Source: Promethearchaeota archaeon
Lineage (GTDB): Archaea; Asgardarchaeota; Lokiarchaeia; Sigyniarchaeales; SOKP01
Direction of reading: 5' to 3'
NCBI GenBank assembly: GCA_011364975.1
Contig: RDOE01000007.1
Location: 1-63,704 of the forward strand
Length of the DNA: 63,704 nucleotides
The notes beneath the pieces are model-generated. The model did no database searches. It was not told the origin of the DNA and worked only from the letters and a program-made list of their open reading frames with translations. The translations under genes and the position numbers were made by a program. Shown here piece after piece: positions 19,857-30,566 of the stretch. Positions within the stretch are counted from its first letter, which is position 1, and every line of letters starts with the position of its first letter.

Positions 19857-20339
19857 TTAGTTTGATGCCTTCCCTGTAACCTCTTCTACTTCTAATCTCA
19901 TTATCAACATGTTATAAAATACATCATTATTGGATAAAAATTTCTTTCTCAAAGCAGAAGGATTTTTTTCTAAATGAGTAAAAAGGATATTTAATGCATG
20001 CCTCTTCTCTTCTAAATCCTCAATAATAAGAAGCTTCCCCCAGAACACAACAGAACGATAAGCATGAGAGCATTGGTTATTTTTATATCCTAAATCTTCA
20101 ATAATAGTCCCGCAAGCAACAGGATTGTTTTTTAAAAAAATAAGTTTTGCTCCTTGTTTTGCAGTGTGGAAATATAAACAATTTTGTAGCAGATCATATC
20201 CATAACTTAAAGTAACGATATATGGCTCATTATCATTACATAATGCTAGCGTTGTATATTTTCCGTTTTTGATTATTTCAGAGATTATATTAGGACTAGT
20301 AATTTGTCTTTCAGATTTTTGCATATGATATTTTTTCAT
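19857..20339 (-). CDS. Pyridoxamine 5'-phosphate oxidase-like flavin-binding protein (NimA family)
   Basis: PYIVTLSYGY, LYFHTAKQGAKL, YRSVVFWG, TGK C-terminus. Confidence 0.85.
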   Translation of the reverse strand: MKKYHMQKSERQITSPNIISEIIKNGKYTTLALCNDNEPYIVTLSYGYDLLQNCLYFHTAKQGAKLIFLKNNPVACGTIIEDLGYKNNQCSHAYRSVVFWGKLLIIEDLEEKRHALNILFTHLEKNPSALRKKFLSNNDVFYNMLIMRLEVEEVTGKASN

Positions 20340-20563
20340 TTTATTGCATCTCTCAGTAGCTAAGATAATAAGATTAATTTATTTAAAAATTATTTACTTT
20401 GTCCCTCTTATCATTTTCTCGTTTTTCACATTTAAAGTTTAGGATTTTCATTATAGTTATTAAAAAACGCCCGAAATTTTAATAAAAGATCAATTTTAAA
20501 ATATAGATACACTTTTAATTAAATATATAATACGATTAATACTATTAAAAATAGCTGGGGAAT

Positions 20564-21811
20564 ATGGCTAAACAGCAACTAGATATTGGGTTTTTTTCTG
20601 CAGTTTATAGCCAGATTAACGGACATGCCCACGCAGTAAGATTTTTATCAGAAGCTATAGCAAAATTAGGGCATAATGTTCATGTATTTGCTCCTAGAAT
20701 CCAAGATGGATATGAGAAGCCTAAAACTCTACATTTTCATGATCTTGGGGGAGCTATCATAGGAAAAAATACAGGATTTGTTTTAAGTGCGCCCCTGCAA
20801 AAAATGTTTTTTTGTCAAGAAGATTATCTCGATATAGCACATATTCATACCCATGCAACGATAGGTACTTTAGCAATTAACTGGGCAAAATACCTTGGAA
20901 TTCCAATGATAGGCACTCATAATAGTCCAATGGTGTATTACACTGCTCAATACGTACCTCTTATAGGAAAACTACTCACTAAATCAGACTTTATATGGAG
21001 ATATGAGCGTCATATTTTGGATAAATATGATTTAGTCCATGTACCAACGGAATCCAAAAAGCAATTACTACGAGATCATCGATTTAAGGAGCCAATGGTC
21101 TGTTTTACTAACGGGATTCATGATTTGTACTATTCTGATGTCAAAGAAAATGGTATACGCGAGAAATATAATATACAAGATAAGAAAGTTTTATTATATG
21201 CTGCTCGATTATCTACTGAAAAACATCCAATAAGTATAATAAAAACCTTCAAAGAAGTTCATAAAGAAGTACCGGATGCTCATTTACTTTTAGTCGGAAA
21301 TGATGGACCTTCAAAAGAACATGTTAAAAGATTAATTAAGAAAAAAGGATATCGAGATTTTGTTTCATATATTGGTAGAGTATCCTTTCCAGATTTGTTA
21401 AAGTTATATAATACCGCGGATCTAACAGCCTTATGGTCTTGGGTCGAAGCTGAAGGTCTCGTAATTCTTGAAGCTATGGCTCAAGGAACACCGAATGTTG
21501 GCGCTAATGCATGTGGGATTAGCAATCTTATTAGACATGGAAAAACTGGTTATCTCGCTAATGACCTAAATCAATTTAAAGATTATGTTGTTAAATTGTT
21601 AAAAGATGATGATCTACGTGAGGAGTTTGGCAAAAATGCCAAAGAAGTAGCTCAACAATATAAGGTAAGTGAAATAGCTAAAACATGGATAAAAATATAC
21701 AAATTTGCTATAAATGAATTATATCCTCTCCGATATAAACGTGAAGAGAGAAAGAGAAGAGTAGAGCTTGTTAAGGAATTTGCTCATAAAATACCGAATA
21801 TAACTTTTTAA
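20564..21811 (+). CDS. Glycosyltransferase family 4 (glycolipid glucosyltransferase-like)
   Basis: INGH, HIHT, ARLSTEKH, EAEGLVILEAMAQG (EX7E). Confidence 0.88.
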   Translation: MAKQQLDIGFFSAVYSQINGHAHAVRFLSEAIAKLGHNVHVFAPRIQDGYEKPKTLHFHDLGGAIIGKNTGFVLSAPLQKMFFCQEDYLDIAHIHTHATIGTLAINWAKYLGIPMIGTHNSPMVYYTAQYVPLIGKLLTKSDFIWRYERHILDKYDLVHVPTESKKQLLRDHRFKEPMVCFTNGIHDLYYSDVKENGIREKYNIQDKKVLLYAARLSTEKHPISIIKTFKEVHKEVPDAHLLLVGNDGPSKEHVKRLIKKKGYRDFVSYIGRVSFPDLLKLYNTADLTALWSWVEAEGLVILEAMAQGTPNVGANACGISNLIRHGKTGYLANDLNQFKDYVVKLLKDDDLREEFGKNAKEVAQQYKVSEIAKTWIKIYKFAINELYPLRYKREERKRRVELVKEFAHKIPNITF

Positions 21812-21992
21812 AATTAATAATTATACGAAATGACCGCATTTAATTGGTATTTACTTTTTTTTGAACTATTATATTAACATCTTTAAGGCATAGATTCAAA
21901 TCTTTTTATTTAAAGAATATAGTTATTAGGTATTTAAGCAATCCATAATTTATCTTCTAAATTATAACATAAACAATAACTTATTTTTTATA

Positions 21993-23051
21993 ATGCCAGA
22001 AAATTCAACGAATCATCAAACAAATAATATTGAAACTGGAGAAGAAATTACTCAATCCAGTGAGGGTACTAAAGAACTTATCTCTAAAGAATTTGTCCCT
22101 CATTTTTTACCTACATACCGGATTAGAACATTATTATTTCCTATACCAATAATTTTAGTAATAATTTTTGCGGGATTATTAGCATATCTTACATATATTA
22201 TCGCTGGGATACAAGTAGATGGTAGTTATTTTCCTGAAGAGGAATTTGGAGCTGCTGCGGTTTTCTTAAATGCTGTTATATTCACTTCAATGGCTGCAGT
22301 ATCAGCATTCATTATAATTTTTTTAATAAAAAAAATTGGTATAAAGGTTTTAAAATATATATTTGGGTTGAGTTTTGGATTTATAGGCTTTTTCCTGACA
22401 TATATGTTTGCTGAGGTTATTACCTTTTTAATTTTTATTCAATTTCAAGAAACAACATTATTAGTTAATCTATATGGTTTAATCATTAACATATTTTTAC
22501 CGTTCTTTATTGGGCTGTTCGTCTTTTATCTTCTTTTCAAATATTTTACTTCAAAATCAATTATGGTCAAAAATTCTATTGTCTTATATATCAGTCTATT
22601 AATTAGTGCATCAATGAGTATAATTCTACCACTTTGGACTACTATTGCAATTTTAATAGGAGTATCTTTGTGGGATATATTTGCTGTTCTTTATAAACGT
22701 GGACCAATCAAAGAAATGATTGATCTTGCTTCAACTCAAGATGAATATGATAATACTATGGAGGAAGAAATAAAAGATAAGATAGAAAAAGGTGAAGCCC
22801 TCTATGATACATCTAAATTAGAAATCGGTATCGGAGATCTAGCTTTTTATAGTTTACTTACATCAAGTATTCTTATTCACACCAAAAATATTTTTCTAAT
22901 GACGTTTTCAACTATAGCTATAATAATCGGGACAGCTATAACAATTTCAGGTTTGAAGCGAAACAAAATTCTTCCTGGGCTCCCCATCTCAATATTCTTA
23001 GGAATTGGTACATTTTTGATATCGCAATTAATTTTTAGTCTTTTATTTTAA
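21993..23051 (+). CDS. Presenilin-family intramembrane aspartyl protease (A22)
   Basis: About 9 hydrophobic segments. Catalytic WD (WDIFAVL...GPIK), GxGD (IGIGDLAFYSLL), PAL-like LPGLPISI. Confidence 0.88.
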   Translation: MPENSTNHQTNNIETGEEITQSSEGTKELISKEFVPHFLPTYRIRTLLFPIPIILVIIFAGLLAYLTYIIAGIQVDGSYFPEEEFGAAAVFLNAVIFTSMAAVSAFIIIFLIKKIGIKVLKYIFGLSFGFIGFFLTYMFAEVITFLIFIQFQETTLLVNLYGLIINIFLPFFIGLFVFYLLFKYFTSKSIMVKNSIVLYISLLISASMSIILPLWTTIAILIGVSLWDIFAVLYKRGPIKEMIDLASTQDEYDNTMEEEIKDKIEKGEALYDTSKLEIGIGDLAFYSLLTSSILIHTKNIFLMTFSTIAIIIGTAITISGLKRNKILPGLPISIFLGIGTFLISQLIFSLLF

Positions 23052-23133
23052 TTATCATCAAAAATTAATAACAATTAGTTTATAAGCGATTTAATTTAAT
23101 TTTAAATTAATTAATTGTGGAAGTAATAGTAAA

Positions 23134-24277
23134 ATGGATAATATACAAAAGATAAAAGTTTTTACAGTTATAGGAGCAGGAACTATGGGAAGAGAAATAG
23201 CTCAAGTTGCTCTAATGTCTGATTTATTCTCAAAAGTTTACCTAAATGACATTAATGTTAAAAGCCTTGATGATGCATCAACTTTCATTAAAAATGGTTT
23301 ACAAAAAATTGAATCAAAAGGAAAATTATTTCAAGGTTTAACAGCATCTAATTTAATGAAGAAATATTGTTGAAGCCATTCCAGAAGTTATGGAATTAAA
23401 ACAAGAATTATTCAAAGAATTGAGTGAAAAATCAACCCAACATGCCATTCTTGCAACAAATACTTCTACAATGAGTATTTCAGGAATTGCTGAAGCGTCC
23501 ATTAAACCAGAATTTATAGTAGGTATGCATTTTTTCACACCTATTCCTATACTGCGCTTAATCGAAGTAATTAGAGGAGAGAAGACATCAGATCATACAT
23601 TTGAAACCGCAATTTCGCTAGGTCAAAACCTTCCTGCTCTAAAGGGAAAGAGGTATATTGCTAAAATAAATAAAGAAAGTCCTGGTTTTATCGTGAATCG
23701 TTTAACAATAGCTAGCGGACTTTTTTTTAATTGGTTACTAGATATGGCATATGAAAAGGGTATCCCCATCGAGGAGATCGATAATGATTATGCTAATCCC
23801 CCAGAGTTAGGGCCTTATGCAAAATGGGACTACCTTGGTTTGGATATAATCCATGATACCTTTAAATATTTTTCAGATAAAGTTTCTCCTCAATTTAAAC
23901 CAGGAAAAACTTTGAACAATCTTATTAAGCAAGGAAATTTGGGTAAAAAAACAGGTAGAGGAATATATGAATGGATCGATGGGTTACCTAAACGAATTTC
24001 TTCAAAAAAAGCAAATCTCTATAATTTAGAATATTATTTTGCCATACAATTAAATGAAGGATGCAGACTTTTACAAGAAGGAATAGTTTCTAATTATAAA
24101 GTTATTGATGATACTATGCTTGCAGGGATGGATATGCCAGGACCCTTTGCTGCGGGAAAGAAAAATTACGAAAAATGGTCCGAGCTTCTTGAAGATTTGG
24201 TAAATATCACGGGATTGGACTACTTTAAACCATGTGATTTAATGAAATCGGGAGAATTTTTAACCATGAGAAAATAA
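23134..24277 (+). pseudogene. 3-hydroxyacyl-CoA dehydrogenase, split by deletion/frameshift near 23365
   Basis: First ORF has GAGTMG. The +1 frame resumes IVEAIPEVMELKQ, ATNTS, GMHFF, PGFIVNR, GKKTGRG. The segment normally preceding 'IVEA' appears missing. Confidence 0.85.
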
Positions 24278-24293
24278 TTCTATGAAATTAACT

Positions 24294-25535
24294 CTATAAC
24301 CATATATTGATATTTGAATTTAAAATATAGTCTGGAATTTCTTTAACATTATTTCCTTCTAAATCCAAATACTCCAGTTTAGTTAAATATCTCAAAGAAT
24401 TAGGCAGTTTTTCAATCTGATTTCCCATTAGATCAAGTTTTTCGAGAGATAGGAGATTATTAATAAACTTGGGTATCTTTTCAATGTTTTGATGTCTAAT
24501 GATCAATTCCTTTAAATGTTTTAATGTAAAAAATTCATTTGGTATGTTCTTAATCTGGAAACTGTAATAGCCATATAAATAAATCCCTGTTATAAATCCA
24601 GATTCATTAATTTTATAATTACAAGCATATAGTTTATTTATCTCCTGTTTATTTTCTAATTTTTCAATCTTTTGTCCAATCATAACTTCTAGGCTAATTA
24701 AAGCAAGAACATCTTCCTTATTAACACCTTCTTTTATATATTTCATTGAAAAATTTTGCATTAATAATTGACGAAAAGAGATCTCATCTAATTTTAAGTC
24801 AAGATTGTTTGTTAGCGTCAACTTATTGAGGGATTTTAACCTTAACCAATCAATCTGTGGAATTCTAGCAAAATTATTCCAGTCTAGAAATAATTCTTCT
24901 AAATTAGATAATTGTTGGAATGTTTTTGGTAAGGTGCTTAGATTATTATTCCACAAATTAAGGGAGGTTAAATGCGTCAAATGTCCTATAGAATCGGGGA
25001 GATAATCAAGATTCCATCCTGCTAAATCTAGTTTTATTATGTGATTGTTTTTAATCACAGGTTTAAAAAAACCTAACTCTTTTGTTTCTTTCATACATTC
25101 TAAATTTATTAAAAATTCCATTTCTTTAGGGTAAATCAAATATGATTTAGCATGTTTGTTAATGAATTTATCATATAAGCTATTTGAGATATCGCAATTT
25201 CGATATTTTAAAGCATTTATTAGTCCTTTAATTACCAAAAGAGAGCTCTCATTTTCAATAATATATTTTAAAGCATGTGTACCATATTTTATGAAATCCT
25301 TAACAATTAAGCTTACTGCTTCGGCTCTTATTACCGAATTCTCATCACTTATTACAATATTTTCTAAAATTTCATAAACTTCTTTATTTCTTATACCAAA
25401 TTGCTCTATTGCCTTTAATGAAGCAACTCTAGTTTTTAGAATGTCACAATTTTCTAAAAATGAAATAATTATCTTCTGAGCCTCTGCTTTACTCGGATTA
25501 TCCCTTAATTTTTCTGCAATAAAAGTAGAAGTCAA
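24294..25535 (-). CDS. HEAT-like repeat plus leucine-rich repeat protein
   Basis: Repeated LxxLxLxxNxL units (LTSLNLWNNNL, LEKLDLMGNQI, LEYLDLEGNNV). N-terminal HEAT-like DENSVIRAEAV. Confidence 0.85.
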   Translation of the reverse strand: MTSTFIAEKLRDNPSKAEAQKIIISFLENCDILKTRVASLKAIEQFGIRNKEVYEILENIVISDENSVIRAEAVSLIVKDFIKYGTHALKYIIENESSLLVIKGLINALKYRNCDISNSLYDKFINKHAKSYLIYPKEMEFLINLECMKETKELGFFKPVIKNNHIIKLDLAGWNLDYLPDSIGHLTHLTSLNLWNNNLSTLPKTFQQLSNLEELFLDWNNFARIPQIDWLRLKSLNKLTLTNNLDLKLDEISFRQLLMQNFSMKYIKEGVNKEDVLALISLEVMIGQKIEKLENKQEINKLYACNYKINESGFITGIYLYGYYSFQIKNIPNEFFTLKHLKELIIRHQNIEKIPKFINNLLSLEKLDLMGNQIEKLPNSLRYLTKLEYLDLEGNNVKEIPDYILNSNINIWL

Positions 25536-25676
25536 ACTTTTCTCATAAACAAGTGTTAAATATCATTAAAATTAACAATTTAATTATATTTATGGTTGAT
25601 GGTAATAAACATAAATTAATTTCACTTATTCATATATATAAATTAAGAACAATCAATTTAATTAATAAATCTGAAA

Positions 25677-25955
25677 ATGACTAACTTAGTGAAAACGGGT
25701 TTTGAGAAAATCATTGATTTTTTCAACGATGAACTTGAAGTAAATCAACCAATTGCTATTGCAGAGGTAGTTGAAAAGACTGGTTTTTCATGGAGTTTCA
25801 TTAAGAAAACTTTAGCCAAAATAAGCAATGATTATGATGGATTTCATTTCGAAAAATCCGGTAGTACCTGGATTACTTGGAAGGATAGAGACCATATTAT
25901 TCCTAAACTAGAAAATACTTGTTCTCGCTTTTTAGATGATGAAGACGAATGCTAG
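25677..25955 (+). CDS. Small putative winged-helix protein
   Basis: IAEVVEKTGFSWSFIKKTL helix-turn-helix-like pattern. Confidence 0.55.
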   Translation: MTNLVKTGFEKIIDFFNDELEVNQPIAIAEVVEKTGFSWSFIKKTLAKISNDYDGFHFEKSGSTWITWKDRDHIIPKLENTCSRFLDDEDEC

Positions 25956-25982
25956 GTTATAAATAAATCCATATCTTTTTAT

Positions 25983-27092
25983 CTAATTTTGCAATTTGAA
26001 TGGGTTCTTTTTTAATTTTTTCCCAGCAAGATATAAAATACAACAACCAGGGCATATTGGCATAAAATAATTCCTCTCCATAAATTCTCTGAACTTCTTA
26101 TAGTTAGCCCCGTTCCAAATTTCAGAAATACTGTTCTCATTCAAATTACCAAGTATTAAATCGTAAAAGATATGACAAGGCGCTACTTCCCCTGAAGCAA
26201 CAATATCTGCGGATATCCATGGAATAAAGCACTTTTCATAAAGATCAGACATTTGACCCCAATTAGACATAAGATATGCTTCTAAATTATCTGGAGAAAA
26301 AGTAGGTGGAAGAAGCAACACGCTTTTATTTTGACTACTATAATAGTTTCGAACTTTATTAACTTGTCTCGATAACTCGCTTTTATCTATTCCATTAAAT
26401 TTAGATGGTGATTGAACTATACCTCTCCAATATTTATCACTTTGGATTCCAAATTCTGAAATAAGTAGTTTTGCATATCTCTCTCCCATGTCATTTGTAA
26501 GATAATTCTGCATCTGAATTGTTATTTGGTTTATTTGTGAAATATTAATATCCTGTAAGAAAAATTGTTCTACATCTTTATAATTATCAGGAGTTACGGT
26601 ATAAATTATATCGATTAAAGGTTTTTTTACTCTTTTTTTCTCTTTTAGCTCAAAAAGATGATTTATTCCATTTATTGCTTTTTCATAACTACCTAAGCCT
26701 CTCTGATTATCATTGATCTCTTGAGGTCCATCAATAGAAACCCTTACCAAGTCAAATTCTTTATTTACCATTAATTCTGCATTATCAAACAAAAGAGTTC
26801 CATTTGTTGGAGTGTCAACAAAACTTTTATACTTTTTAATCTCATCAATTAGTTCTTCAAAACATGGATAAAGTAGAGGTTCACCCCCGAAAAGAGAATA
26901 ATTTGGTGTACTGGGAGCCAGATCCTTTATAAGATTTTTAACAATTTTGAAATCTAATACTTTAGGTTTATTTTTGACTTTAGAATCTATATATGCTCCA
27001 TTTTCACCCCAATAATAACACATTTTGCATCTCAGATTACACATTTCAGTTAATTGAAGTGTAATAAAGCGGGGCAAATTAAGATTCTGCAT
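25983..27092 (-). CDS. Radical SAM/SPASM domain protein
   Basis: CNLRCKMC, GGEPLL, VSIDG; SPASM CFIPW...PC...CPGCC. Confidence 0.9.
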   Translation of the reverse strand: MQNLNLPRFITLQLTEMCNLRCKMCYYWGENGAYIDSKVKNKPKVLDFKIVKNLIKDLAPSTPNYSLFGGEPLLYPCFEELIDEIKKYKSFVDTPTNGTLLFDNAELMVNKEFDLVRVSIDGPQEINDNQRGLGSYEKAINGINHLFELKEKKRVKKPLIDIIYTVTPDNYKDVEQFFLQDINISQINQITIQMQNYLTNDMGERYAKLLISEFGIQSDKYWRGIVQSPSKFNGIDKSELSRQVNKVRNYYSSQNKSVLLLPPTFSPDNLEAYLMSNWGQMSDLYEKCFIPWISADIVASGEVAPCHIFYDLILGNLNENSISEIWNGANYKKFREFMERNYFMPICPGCCILYLAGKKLKKNPFKLQN

Positions 27093-27195
27093 AATAATAA
27101 TCCCTCTTTTCCTTTTTATGAAATCTTTTCGATCTATAAAACTTTATTGTTAATAATTATTACTTATCCAAGAATAAGAGTTATTGAAGCAAAAA

Positions 27196-27684
27196 TTATA
27201 GCGCATCTATTACTTCAAATCCTTCTTTTATCAGTGCTAAGACGCTACAATAATTAGTAAATTGATTTTGCATCCTATCTATTAATTCTTCTGGAACCTT
27301 TGATCGAGGTTTACCATGTTTAAGATCATTCTTTATTCTTTCTTTAGCTATTTCTGGAGTAACCTCGAATAACTTTGCCCTCAAGTTGCATTTCGGGAGG
27401 TTTTCAATAAATAGTTTCCTATAATAATAATTCACATTAGTCGCATCAAGAATAACGTTTTTCCCATCTATTAATCCATTAAATACTCGTTTTTTAGCTT
27501 CACTCCATACGATCTTATCTTGGCTCAAATCAGAGATGTTCCCAGTTATTTCTTGGCGAATTTCATCTGGACTTATCACTTCATAATTCATTGCATCCAA
27601 TTTCTTTTTATTAACATTAATCCAATGAGTTTTTCCACTACCGGGTATTCCAATTAACATTAAAAAAGTAGGAGAATTTTGCAA
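27196..27684 (-). CDS. P-loop kinase (polynucleotide-kinase-like, AAA_33)
   Basis: GIPGSGKT, ISPDEIR, ILDATN. Confidence 0.82.
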   Translation of the reverse strand: MQNSPTFLMLIGIPGSGKTHWINVNKKKLDAMNYEVISPDEIRQEITGNISDLSQDKIVWSEAKKRVFNGLIDGKNVILDATNVNYYYRKLFIENLPKCNLRAKLFEVTPEIAKERIKNDLKHGKPRSKVPEELIDRMQNQFTNYCSVLALIKEGFEVIDAL

Positions 27685-28004
27685 AATCTAAATCTACTCT
27701 TCTATAGGATTTAGTCTTTTAAGATATATTTTATAGGTTTTTTATACAATTAATAAGTATGATTACTGAAATAATTTTTTGATTTTTTCATTACAGAATT
27801 TTTTGGTTTAAACAATTATCAAATTAAGCGTTATTTTCAGTTTGATAATTATTTTAAAATATAATTTAAGATTCGGGATTCCTTTTTAAGGGGTTATAAA
27901 ATAACTTCGTCTATATCGAGAGTACGAAATTTCACACTATCTTTATATTTTATGGGCTATTTTACTAAGCATCTTATTAGTTAAAGTTTAAAGTGTAAAA
28001 TTTA

Positions 28005-28946
28005 ATGAAAGTGGAAAAATCATCACAAGATCTTGAAAATGAAGTAATATACGCAGGATTATGCATACATTGTGGCAGTTGTAACGCTTTTTGTCCGCAT
28101 ATGGATTTTAACAAGGAGACTGGTGAGGCTTACGTGGTAGATGAATGTGCAGAAACAGTAGGATTATGTTACAATGCTTGTCCTCGAAGTTTTCTTCCAG
28201 TATCGGAAATTGAACAAAAACTTTTTGGTCAAACTCGAGTTGATTTAGCTGTTGGAGTTTATAAGGATATTATTCAAGTTAAATCAAAAACTAAAGATTA
28301 CATTTTATACAATTTGGTATTAGCTGCTTTTGAATCAGGAGTTGTTAAACACTTCGTGTTAAGCGAACCTAAAAGTAAAAAACCGCCTGTTGCGTTCCCT
28401 ATTGTTGTTGACAATGCTAAAGACGCTAAAAATTATATCCCCGAAAAAACAATGGATAATGCAGGCCCATTGATTACAGGTATTGGTCAAGCTTATCTTG
28501 ACAAGAAACGGGATATTGGAATTCTTGGAAATCCTTGTCATCTTCAAGGACTCGCAAAAATAATAACTAGTGATTTTAATACAGGCGCTGAGAGGACAAA
28601 CTTCAAGTTAGCCTTCGCTTGCAGTTCTGGCGGAATGACAGGCTGTAAATATTGCACTGATTTTTCAGGAGAATTCTCAGATGTCTCGTACAGCCCATGG
28701 GGTGCCCCAAAAGGCTCAGGAGAAGCATTTCTAATAATCAGAACCGATGTTGGTAAAAAAGTAGTAGACCATGCAATAAAGAAAAAGTATATAGAAGTCA
28801 CCAATAAAGAACCTGATCTTAGTGAAATGAAAAACTTCCTTAATAAAAAACGTAAGAAAAATTTCCTAACCTTAGTTGGGAAAGACAAAATCACTGCAAA
28901 ATATCTTCAGATAGATGTAAATGAACTTAAGGATTTATTAGAATAG
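28005..28946 (+). CDS. Coenzyme F420 hydrogenase/dehydrogenase beta-subunit-like (FrhB/FdhB family) with N-terminal ferredoxin
   Basis: GLCIHCGSCNAFCP, GLCYNACPR, GNPCH, GCKYCTDFSGEFSDVS, IIRT. Confidence 0.8.
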   Translation: MKVEKSSQDLENEVIYAGLCIHCGSCNAFCPHMDFNKETGEAYVVDECAETVGLCYNACPRSFLPVSEIEQKLFGQTRVDLAVGVYKDIIQVKSKTKDYILYNLVLAAFESGVVKHFVLSEPKSKKPPVAFPIVVDNAKDAKNYIPEKTMDNAGPLITGIGQAYLDKKRDIGILGNPCHLQGLAKIITSDFNTGAERTNFKLAFACSSGGMTGCKYCTDFSGEFSDVSYSPWGAPKGSGEAFLIIRTDVGKKVVDHAIKKKYIEVTNKEPDLSEMKNFLNKKRKKNFLTLVGKDKITAKYLQIDVNELKDLLE

Positions 28947-28993
28947 TTATTGAATAACTTATTTTACATTTTTATTTTTTATTATTCTTTATA

Positions 28994-29542
28994 CTAAAAT
29001 TTCATATTTAAAATTAAGTCACAGAGAGTTTCAAAAAGATTTTCCACGTTTTCTCCCGATTTTGAGCTAGTTTCAGCAAAATAAGAGATTTCATTCTTTA
29101 ATGCAAAATTCTTAGCATCTTCAATCTTTACTGTCCTTTTAGAATTGCTAAGATCCAATTTACACCCCACTAAAATAAATAAAGGATTATTAGCATGCAT
29201 TTTTGCCAAATCATACCATTCTTGTAAATTTTGGAAACTTGAATATCTATTAATATCATAGCATAATAAACAACCTAAAGCTCCTCTTGCATAATTAGGT
29301 AAGAAAAACCGAAAGCGCTTTTCACCAGCAAAGTCCCACAATTGAAACTTGATGTTCTTATTTTCCCTTGTTGTCTGCCAAGTTGCCAAATCTGTCCCAA
29401 TTGTTATGCGCATTGGTATAAATTGTCCTGTAATTAATCTCTGAATCATAGTACTCTTGCCAACTCCACCATCTCCAACGACAATAATTTTAAAAAGATA
29501 ATTCTTGACTTCAACTGCTTCTTCAGTCATGATAATTTCCAT
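28994..29542 (-). CDS. Rab-like small GTPase
   Basis: FKIIVVGDGGVGKS, TIG, WDFAGE, YARGA, GCKLD, ETSSK. Confidence 0.9.
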   Translation of the reverse strand: MEIIMTEEAVEVKNYLFKIIVVGDGGVGKSTMIQRLITGQFIPMRITIGTDLATWQTTRENKNIKFQLWDFAGEKRFRFFLPNYARGALGCLLCYDINRYSSFQNLQEWYDLAKMHANNPLFILVGCKLDLSNSKRTVKIEDAKNFALKNEISYFAETSSKSGENVENLFETLCDLILNMKF

Positions 29543-29586
29543 AAAATAAAAATTACATAAATAATAAATTGCGTTTTTATAAATTT

Positions 29587-30465
29587 TTATTCTATATCAT
29601 ATAATGCTCGAGATTTAGTATTTATTTTTTTTAAATTATTAATTACCCGCGATCGATTTTCTTCCGGGAGTGCTTTCAAAATATGAATAAGTTCGAATTT
29701 ATTTAATCTAATAATATCTTTATATGCAGCAATTAAAGAAATAATAGAAATCAATGGAAAAATTACTAGTATTATAAATATCGTAAAGGCAAAAATTAAG
29801 GGTTTAGAACCTTCAATTCCGGTACCAGGTAAATAAACTTCAATCCCATACATAAAGTTAACTTCTATTAGAAATTGAAGAGTAATATTCATCAAATTTA
29901 GAATTAGAAACAATAAAAAATTACTAAGTGTTAAGAATTTAAACTTTCTATATTTTAAGCTAGACAAAATAATATTATTTGTTTCCTCTGTAGAATGATC
30001 TTCAGATGATACATTCACCACGATATTGCAATTTTTCCAAATATCAATGAACATCCAATAAAACCCAAAAGCGTAAATAAAGGCAAATAAACAATTAAAA
30101 TAAAAATTATATTCATTTATCAACTGGGGATGATAAATTGACTCCGCACCGAGCCAAAAAACTAAAATTAATTGAAATAAACTAATAAAATTCAACCTAT
30201 TTGCATGTCTTTTTTCTGAGCCGAGTGGATTATATGAAAGTTGAGAATTCAGAGTATAAATTTTATTTTTATTTATACTTATTATCCTAAAAAATAAGGA
30301 GAACGCAAACGAAATCATTGGAAAAGAAAGCAAAAACAGGTTCTGCCAATTTTGAGAAATAATAAATAAATATAATGATATAAAAATAATCAAATCTCTT
30401 AATAAAGTCTCATTAAACACTTCCCTAAGTTTCAAATATCGCTGATTAGAATTATGTTCACTCAT
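29587..30465 (-). CDS. Hypothetical membrane protein
   Basis: About 6 hydrophobic segments. Confidence 0.7.
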   Translation of the reverse strand: MSEHNSNQRYLKLREVFNETLLRDLIIFISLYLFIISQNWQNLFLLSFPMISFAFSLFFRIISINKNKIYTLNSQLSYNPLGSEKRHANRLNFISLFQLILVFWLGAESIYHPQLINEYNFYFNCLFAFIYAFGFYWMFIDIWKNCNIVVNVSSEDHSTEETNNIILSSLKYRKFKFLTLSNFLLFLILNLMNITLQFLIEVNFMYGIEVYLPGTGIEGSKPLIFAFTIFIILVIFPLISIISLIAAYKDIIRLNKFELIHILKALPEENRSRVINNLKKINTKSRALYDIE

Positions 30466-30566
30466 TTTTATATAAAATTTAGCATTAATAATTAAACTTA
30501 TATACTCTATAGTTATATAAATTCTGAATTTATATTACAAATGAAAGAACTTCAGCTAATCTTGTT

